DNA from: Octopus sinensis
Lineage: Eukaryota
DNA: 16,104 nucleotides
Assembly (NCBI RefSeq): GCF_006345805.1
Contig: NW_021825300.1
Location: forward strand, 1 to 16,104
Direction of reading: 5' to 3'
The position numbers and the translations under genes were made by a program. This document shows, piece after piece, positions 9,233 through 16,104 of this stretch. The notes under the pieces were generated by a model. That model saw only the letters and a program-made list of their open reading frames with translations, had not been told where the DNA came from and did no database searches. The first letter of the stretch is position 1. Each line of letters starts with the position of its first letter.

Positions 9233-9475
9233 AGACACCTGAAACATGGCTAGGTGAGCCACAGAGACAGACAGGTGTTTCAACCACCCAGTAAGCCACC
9301 TACCCACAGGTATCTATCAATCTTAATCACATTAAACCTGTCATTATTAAAACCCACAGACAGACACATCCATTAGAGAAGCAGGAGGAGTGGAAGCGGT
9401 GGGAGGAGACGGTGCAAGTTACGGTTGATTCACCTCAACGGACACAGATTAAACGGTACACAGGATCACTTTCAG

Positions 9476-9477
<2 letters not shown>

Positions 9478-9519
<42 letters not shown>

Positions 9520-9665
9520 ATATGTATAATATATATGTATATATGTATATATATATATGTATATATGTATATATATATTTATATGTATGTATATATATAT
9601 ATGTATAAATACATATATATACACGTATATATATAATACATAGACACACATGTATAATACATACA
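9478..9665. repeat. (TA)n-rich microsatellite
   Basis: Direct inspection. Confidence 0.95.
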
Positions 9666-9681
9666 TAAAGTTACAACTAAT

Positions 9682-9873
9682 GTAAGTTCAATTCCAGGAC
9701 CCGGGTTGCGTGTTGTGATCTTGAGCAAGACACTTTATTCACATTGCTCCAGTTCACTCAGCTGTAGAAATGCGTTGCGACGTCACTGATGCCAAGCTCT
9801 ATCGGCCCCTTTGCCTTTCCCGTGGGTAAGATCAGTGGCGTGTAGAGAGAAGCTGGTATGCATGGGCGACTGA
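9682..9873 (+). mobile_element. SINE-C sister family: same B-box/CORE-like domain, different tail; 5'-truncated
   Basis: gtaagttcaattcc...gcgtgttgtgatcttgagcaagacactttattcacattgctccag aligns to the reverse complement of about 2355-2420; sequence after ~9770 does not align. Confidence 0.7.
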
Positions 9874-9875
9874 TT

Positions 9876-9970
9876 TGTATGTATGTATGTATGTATGTAT
9901 GTATGTATGTATGTATGTATGTATGTATGTATGTATGTATGTATGCATGTATGTATGTATGCATGTATGT
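9876..9970. repeat. (ATGT)n tetranucleotide microsatellite
   Basis: Near-perfect run. Confidence 0.97.
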
Positions 9971-10024
9971 GTTTATAGCTGTGTATTTGAATAGAATATC
10001 TTGTCTGTACAGCGGAGCACCAAC

Positions 10025-10180
10025 AGGTGAGCTAACAAGTTCGTTATCTAGACGAACACACAGCTTAGCGTCATTTCTTCTGGATCTTTACGTTCTGAGT
10101 TCAAACCCTACCTAGGTTAGCTTTGGCTTTCTTCCTTTCGGAGTTGATAAAATATCGGTCGATGTAATTGACTCATTCCC
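10025..10180 (+). mobile_element. SINE-B, old diverged copy
   Basis: tcgtta...gcttagcg..atttc..ctttacgttctgagttcaaa...ctttc.tcctttcgg.g.tgataaaa...gtcgatgtaattgact follows SINE-B order. Confidence 0.75.
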
Positions 10181-10452
10181 TTTTTTCAGATTTGCTGAAA
10201 CGGACCAGCATGCAGTTCAAGGTTGACGTTGTGATCTCGGATACTTATACGACCCGAAACCCTAAGGCTCAGGAAGTATGAAGTAAAAGTAAACATGGAT
10301 ACGATTGATTTTGTCAGGTTCAAAGATCACCATTCACTACCGTCGACAATGTCTTCATTTTTGAAATTATTTGAATTATTATAAAGTAGAATTATTAAGT
10401 CAGTGCGTCGGACAAAATGTTCTACGTTATTTCTCCCGGACATTTTACGTTC

Positions 10453-10868
10453 GCGAACTGGCAGAATCGTTACCATGCTGGATGAAATGCTTAGCGGTAT
10501 TTCGTCTGCAGTTACGTTCTGAGTTCAAATTCCGCCGAGGTCGACTTTGCCTTTCATCCTTTCGGGGTCGATTAAATAAGTACCAGTTACGCACAGGGGT
10601 CGATATAATCGACTTAATCCCTTTGTCTGTCCTTGTTTGTCCTCTCTGTGTTTAGCGCCTTGTGGGTAGTAAAGAAATAGGTATTTCGTCCGTCTTTACG
10701 TTCTGAGTTCAAATTCCGCCGAGGTCAGCGTTGCCTTTCATTTTTTCGGAGTCTATAAATGAAGTATCAGTAAAACACTGGGGTCTGTCGTTGTAATTGA
10801 CTAGCCCCCTCCCAACAAATTTGAGGCCTTGTACCTATAGTAGAAAGAATTATTAAATAGAATGTAAT
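10453..10868 (+). mobile_element. Composite SINE-B: head + young 184-bp module + older body and tail
   Basis: GGTATTTCGTC at 10496-10506 and 10680-10690; B-box gagttcaaattcc appears twice; flanked by a 55-bp perfect direct repeat. Confidence 0.9.
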
Positions 10869-11025
10869 AGTCAGTGCGTCGGACAAAATGTTCTACGTTA
10901 TTTCTCCCGGACATTTTACGTTCTGAGATCAAATTACGCCGTTGTCAACTTTGCATTTTATCTTTATGGAGCCGATATAAGAAAGTATTTGTCACATACT
11001 GGACTCAGTGTAATCGGACAGCTAA
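10869..11025 (+). mobile_element. Oldest host SINE-B; its first 55 bp are also present at 10398-10452
   Basis: gcgtcggacaaaatg...ttacgttctgagatcaaattacgccg..gtcaactttgc.tttt.atc aligns to the SINE-B head, B-box and core with many changes. Confidence 0.75.
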
Positions 11026-11206
11026 CGATAAGAGTGATATTCTCCCCTTTTGTACGGCACAATAAATATTTTCTATTGCGAAGGTTTAGAGGTGTCTTAA
11101 GCTCGATTGATGATCAGGTATTTAGTATCAGTCATATTCCATGGCATATACGTCGACGTAGTACGTAAACTCGTACTATAAACATTCAAACATCATCACA
11201 TCAACC

Positions 11207-11248
11207 GCTCTCTCTCTCCATCTCTCTCTCTCTCTCTCTCTTCAATCT

Positions 11249-11281
<33 letters not shown>
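11207..11281. repeat. (CT)n microsatellite
   Basis: Direct inspection. Confidence 0.95.
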
Positions 11282-11283
<2 letters not shown>

Positions 11284-11402
11284 CAAGTCTTTCACATGGA
11301 ATGTTTGCTCCTCTAAGTCATCTTGGTGTATAACTCAATATATCTTTATAGAAATATTATTATTTCTAAGTCTCTCTAAAAGAGACTACGGCAGTGGTAC
11401 TG

Positions 11403-11585
11403 GATATTAGCAATTATCGCCAAGCTAATACGACAGTTCAAAAACATAGGACTAAAGCTGCCGCTGATTAGCTCCAAGAGGCCATATAGCTAGCTAGAGG
11501 TGATGACCTCTTAGAGCTAATCAACGGCAGCTTTAGTCCTATATTTATGGACTGCCATATTAGCTTGGCGATAACTGTTAATATC
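11403..11585. repeat. Long ungapped inverted repeat: 83-bp arms (11403-11485 / 11503-11585), 17-nt loop
   Basis: Base-by-base comparison gives 10 differences and no indels between the arms. Confidence 0.95.
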
Positions 11586-11969
11586 AATATATCTTCCTTT
11601 GCTGTAAATTTCTGAAAAATTTGACTTGTATTCTGGAAAATACAAGCTATGACTGAGTGAACTTACTGTCCAAAGCATTCCAGCCATGCCCATCCTACAT
11701 TCTTGTCTATCTAGGGACTACTTCTTCAACATCTTGCACCTTTTTTTTCACTTCATGGTGTTGCCATACTTTCCAATATACAAATCGAAGTAGTGTATAG
11801 TAAAAACATTCAAACATTGTCACCAACTTTCCAAATCCTGCTGAATTTCACACGGAACATTTGGTCCTCCAAAGTTGACTTGGTGTATAAGTCGACCTAC
11901 CTGTCTTGGCTGTAAATTGTAATCAGAAACATTCGAATTGCTGGGAAATACAACCATTCCTGTTCAAGG

Positions 11970-12352
11970 CTGACAAAGAAGCTTGAGAGGCGGTTGGATG
12001 GAACCTACACTCGCCTCCTTATGAGAGCTCAAAATCTCTCGTGGAAGCGCCATCCAACCAAAATGCAAATATATGGGAAACTACCACCTGTGTCATCTCT
12101 TGTGAAAGGTAAGAGAGTCCAGTTTACTGGACATTGTTGTAGAGCTGAAAAAGAGGTAATTTCTACTCTTCTCCTCTGGAAGCCATCTACCCGTAATACC
12201 AGAGGGCGCAGACTTTCCTACCCTCATGTAATCTCCAGGGATACAGGCATCCAGCAACAGGACCTCCGTAATACTATGATGGACCGTGAAGTCTGGCGTA
12301 GCATGGTAAATTCCAGTGTCTCGACCACGGTCGTACAATGATGAAATGATGA
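11970..12352 (+). mobile_element. 5'-truncated RTE-clade LINE: open ORF C-terminus plus (TGA)n tail
   Basis: LTKKLERRLDGTYTRLLMRAQNLSWKRHPT...RVQFTGHCCR...LLLWKP...DREVWR matches the RTE post-RT C-terminal pattern (LD G.YTRLL...SW...GH..R...W...DR..WR). Stop at 12339-12341 runs into tgatgaaatgatga. Confidence 0.88.
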
Positions 12353-12699
12353 CAAAGACATAACTTTGCAGATGAGATGTGGCGCGTGTATCACAGATCC
12401 ACAAAAGGCGACTTTTCCTATCAATGTTGTGAGAATTCTCTAACTCGCCGGATATGTACTCATCTGTAATTTTCTGCTGGGATGATGAACGTTTCTACTC
12501 CGAGTTTCTGTACTAGTGGATTAGTCCTGCTGCCTTTAGTTCATGGAGAAAAGCCCCGTCCCCGGGAGTGTCTAACCAGGTGTTCTTATTCTAATCTCAT
12601 GTTATTATTTTCCATTTTGTCTGCGCACGTGATGTAGACAATTGTTCTTTTACCGTTTTCTGTAAGTATATAAATGTACGCATTGTGTATGTACAGACA

Positions 12700-12702
12700 A
12701 TG

Positions 12703-12741
<39 letters not shown>

Positions 12742-13102
12742 ATGTGTGTGTATGAAAACGTACGTAGAAACTGATGTGTACGTGTGAGTTAGTCTTAGCG
12801 TGTGTGTATACGTGCGTGCGTATGTACGTGTGTGTGCGCGCGTGTGAGTTTGCAAATGGGTCTTACATACAAAGAAAACGGAGTTGAATTTCAGAAAATA
12901 CTACGGTATCTTCAATAGAGAAAGAGAGGAAGAGAGAGGGAGCGGGGTAGAGAGAGAGAGAGAGAGAGAAAGAAAGAAAGAAAGAAAAACAGAAAGAAAG
13001 AAAGAAAAAAGGGAAACGCGCATACGTGCACCCGACATACTCATTACCTCATTACATACCCCCGTTAAACCATATTGCCGGAAGCATGCGTGTATCTGCG
13101 TG

Positions 13103-13136
<34 letters not shown>

Positions 13137-13504
13137 CATATATATATACATATACATACATATATATATATCATAATATATATATAATATATATATATAT
13201 AATATATATAACATATACATATACATACACACATACTATATATATATATATATATATATATACAAACAACACGTACGCGCGCGCGCACATCATATATAAT
13301 CATTTTAAACTTCCGTTTTCTGTTCCTCATTCCACACTTCACTGATTATATTATATTAACATGATATATACCACCACCACCCAAACTCCCTTTTTCTCTC
13401 TCTTTCTCTTTTACCTCTGTCTATCATAATATAAGCATACATGTATTTATTTACAATGTATATATTTACATATGTATGTACTTGCATATATTTGTATATA
13501 CATA

Positions 13505-13600
<96 letters not shown>

Positions 13601-13670
13601 ATAATATATATATTATATATATATATATATTATATATAGATATATATATGACATAATGAATATATTTTTA
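12700..13670. repeat. Microsatellite field: (TA)/(TG) 12700-12855, (GA)/(GAAA) 12915-13012, (TA) 13105-13262, (TA) 13440-13670, with short unique spacers
   Basis: Direct inspection. Confidence 0.9.
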
Positions 13671-13699
13671 CATGCATATACACGCATAAATATATAGAA

Positions 13700-14035
13700 A
13701 GGCGCAGGAGTGGCTGTGTGGGAAGATCTTCCTTCCTAACCACATATATGTATGTATGTATTATGTATGTATGTATGTATGTATGTATGTATGTATATGT
13801 TTGTTGTTTCTGTGTTTTGTCCCCGCCTACCACCAACCACCACCACCACCAACCATCACTTGACAACCATTGTTGGTGTGTTTATGTCCCCGGAATCTAG
13901 CGGTTCGGGAAAAGGGACGATAAAATAAGTACTAGGCTTACAAAGAATAAATCTTGGGATCGATTCCTTGGACTAAAGGTGGTGCTCCAGCATCGCCGCA
14001 GCCAAATGACTGACGAACGTGAACATATAAAAATA
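13700..14035 (+). mobile_element. SINE-A with B-box and core deleted (head joined directly to (TATG)n), extra (CCA)n, diverged tail
   Basis: aggcgcaggagtggctgtgtgg...aaccacat, then microsatellite, then cttgacaacc...gcggttcgg...aataagtactaggcttacaaagaataa...ggtgctccagcat.gccgcag.caaatgactga. Confidence 0.85.
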
Positions 14036-14053
14036 ACATATATATATATATAA

Positions 14054-14097
<44 letters not shown>

Positions 14098-14174
14098 ATG
14101 TATATATATATACATATATGCGTACAAATATAGTTACGCACAGATACACACATACTCACATATATGTGTATATA

Positions 14175-14262
14175 CCGGGTTTTTCACGTGTAGAATTTAC
14201 GCCATTTTATTGTTGATTTTTAATGAAAAACTAGGGTGTCACTTATACACGAGTAAATAAGG
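14175..14262. mobile_element. Possible tiny pogo/Tc1-mariner-type MITE remnant
   Basis: TA on both sides (14173-74, 14263-64). Ends ccgggtttttcacgtgtagaa versus (reverse complement) ccttatttactcgtgtataag are only weakly complementary. Confidence 0.3.
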
Positions 14263-14304
14263 TATATATGTCTTCAAAAATCTATTGTAGACAAAAACTT
14301 GAAA

Positions 14305-14483
14305 AGTTGGGGGCCAGTGGGTTACTTCGACCTCATTGCTCAGTTTGCGCTCAATTCATCGATCGCAAAACGATGAAATAGAAATTCGACCTGAGCGGCA
14401 TTTGAACTTAGAACGTAAATTCGGACGAAATGCCGCTAAGCAACTTTTTCCGGCTTGCTAACGATTCCGCCAGCTCGCCGCTT
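14305..14483 (-). mobile_element. SINE-B, head well preserved, core diverged
   Basis: atttgaacttagaacgtaaa...gacgaaatgccgctaagca...gctaacgattccgccagctcgccgc matches 15652-15727. Confidence 0.8.
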
Positions 14484-14494
14484 TATTTCTAATG

Positions 14495-14836
14495 CAGTAA
14501 TCCGTTGTCCTATCGCGGTTCACCTATCGCGGTTTATTATTTAAGCTCACTTCGCTTCCTCTGTTGTTTTGCATTTATAATAAAATAACTCTCTTTACTC
14601 TACTTTTTTACTCTTTTACTCTTTTACTTGTTTCAGTCATTTGACTGTGGCCATGCTGGAGTTCCCGCCTTCAGTCGAGCTCATCGACCCCAGGACTTAT
14701 TCTTTGTAAGCTTAGTACGTATTCTACCGCTAGGTTACGGGGACGTAAACACACCAGCATCGGTTGTCAAGCGATGTTGGGGGAACAAACACAAACACAC
14801 AAACATACACACGCACACACACACACACACACACAC

Positions 14837-14893
<57 letters not shown>

Positions 14894-15150
14894 GACGGGC
14901 TTCTCACAAGGCATTGGTTGGCCCAAGGCTATAGTAGAAGCCACTTGCCGAAGGTGTCACGCAGTTGGACTGAACCCGGAGCCATGTAGTTCGTAAGCAA
15001 GCTACTTTCCACACAGCCACTCCTACGCCTATATACAAATTATAAAAAAAATATATATATATAGAGTACTGTAGTGTTTCTACTTCGCGGATTTTCACCT
15101 TTCGCGAGGAGTTTTGGAACTGAACACCTATGATAGTCCACGAATTGCTG
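14495..15150. mobile_element. Degenerate Tigger/pogo-like MITE interrupted by SINE-A (14590-15030)
   Basis: Left end cagtaatccgttgtcctatcg versus reverse complement of right end cagcaattcgtggactatca (about 15 matches in 20, one gap); TA at 15151-52, TG at 14493-94; internal tcgcgg..cacct.tcgcg motif near both ends. CAGT ends and TA duplication are typical of this group. Confidence 0.5.
14590..15030 (-). mobile_element. SINE-A, both ends present, two internal deletions
   Basis: Collinear with other copies but lacks tcggtctcttttgccga and ttcagtttccgtctaccaaatcca. Confidence 0.9.
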
Positions 15151-15152
15151 TA

Positions 15153-15729
15153 TTATTAATAATACTGGTTTCAAATTTTGGCACAAGGCCAGCAATATCG
15201 GGTGAGTGGATAAGTACTCAGCTGGTACTTATTTTATCAACTCCCAAAGAGATGAAAGGCAAATCAACCTCGGCGGAATTTGACCTCAGAACGTAAAAAT
15301 TGACGAAATACCTATTTCTTTATTACCCACAAGGGGCTAAACATAGAGGGGACAAGCAAGGACAAACATAGGTATTAAGTCGATTACATCGACCCCAGTG
15401 CGTAACTGGTACTTAATTTATCGACCCCGAAAGGATGAAAGGAAAAGTCGACCTCGGTTGAATTTGAACTCAGAACGTAGCGGCAGATGAAAAATACCTA
15501 TTTCTTTATTACCTACAAGGGGCTAAACATAGAGGGGACAAACAAGGACAGACATAGGTATTAAGTCGATTACATCGACCGCAGTGCGTAACTGGTACTT
15601 AATTTATCGACTCCGAAAGGATGAAAGGCAAAGTCGACCTCGGCGGAATTTGAACTCAGAACGTAGCGGCAGACGAAATACCGCTAAGCATTTCGCCAGG
15701 CGTGCTAACGATTCTGCCAGCTCGCCCTT
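15153..15729 (-). mobile_element. Composite SINE-B: head + two tandem young 184/186-bp modules + older body and (ATT) tail
   Basis: Junction motif (gacgaaatacc on +) ends at 15312, 15498 and 15682; spacings 186 and 184. Confidence 0.92.
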
Positions 15730-16104
15730 GTATTCCGAATATTATTAATAATATTAATATAAATTCTTATATTAACATTGATCAAGGCGAAAGATGCTTT
15801 ACTATTTAAGATGGCTGTTGTTGAAATTTTACTGCAACAATGGCTGCAATAGAAGCGAAATAGAATAACAAAATTAGATGAACCAACAGTGGAATGTCTT
15901 CATTGATATATCCTGTGAGGGAGGGGGGAAGGGAAAGAAGATCGTCCCATCTATCTTTCTTCTCAACCGGAATAAATCCCTTCCCGAAGCTCCCCATTAC
16001 TATGTTTCCCTAATTGAATACCAAAGCATTTATCTAGATCTCCCTTACCACCCGCCTCCCCTCTTTTATGATGGCAGATACATAATTTGTTTTAGCCCTT
16101 CCTC

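Noticed and set aside
9340-9480. Purine-rich stretch with an open frame (EKQEEWKRWEETVQV...)
   Set aside because: No credible splice-site pair or start, runs into (TA)n, and no recognisable motif.
10225-10262. tcgg...ccgaaac resembling a hammerhead stem II plus GAAAC (similar at 2580-2600 on the minus strand)
   Set aside because: No CUGANGA core and no stem I pairing.
16-15296. The ~60 short ORFs in the supplied track
   Set aside because: They are translations of microsatellites or SINE bodies (repeated peptides such as MRGFGRRKLKEA and MFQSF.CGHAG recur with each SINE copy). Only 11994-12341 (RTE) has a recognisable protein signature.
15302-15682. CRISPR-like or satellite reading of the regularly spaced repeats
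   Set aside because: The units are whole duplicated SINE modules with no unique spacers, there are no cas genes, and the context is eukaryotic.
15151-15753. 14-bp palindromic direct repeat tattattaataata on both sides of the composite SINE-B
   Set aside because: The left copy overlaps the SINE's own (ATT) tail and the right copy is about 10 bp away from the 5' end; low complexity, so not accepted as a TSD.
15806-15997. 63-aa minus-strand ORF with a hydrophobic C-terminal stretch
   Set aside because: Short, unrecognised and unsupported by splice or codon evidence; hydrophobicity is expected from T-rich sequence.

Overview
AT-rich eukaryotic non-coding DNA (intron or intergenic), dominated by microsatellites and retroposon debris. 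The tRNA-derived SINE sequences match my recollection of octopus (coleoid cephalopod) repeats; this is inference, not a database result. No host protein-coding gene can be supported, and almost all ORF-track entries are microsatellite or SINE translations. Contents: three SINE groups (my labels A, B, C; about 16 loci), a CR1/L2-group LINE 3' end, an RTE LINE 3' end, two degenerate pogo/Tigger-like MITEs and a tRNA-like Pol III cassette. Best leads: (1) a near-complete minimal type I hammerhead ribozyme of the Penelope kind at 7886-7923, with a second remnant at 7183-7215; (2) a 184-bp SINE module that sits at the same 11-bp site (GGTATTTCGTC) inside different host SINEs at two loci; (3) a perfect 55-bp duplication flanking a composite SINE; (4) an ungapped 83-bp-stem hairpin at 11403-11585 whose mismatches are mostly G-U pairs on the minus strand; (5) a LINE whose last 40 nt are shared with SINE-A, pointing to its likely mobilising partner.
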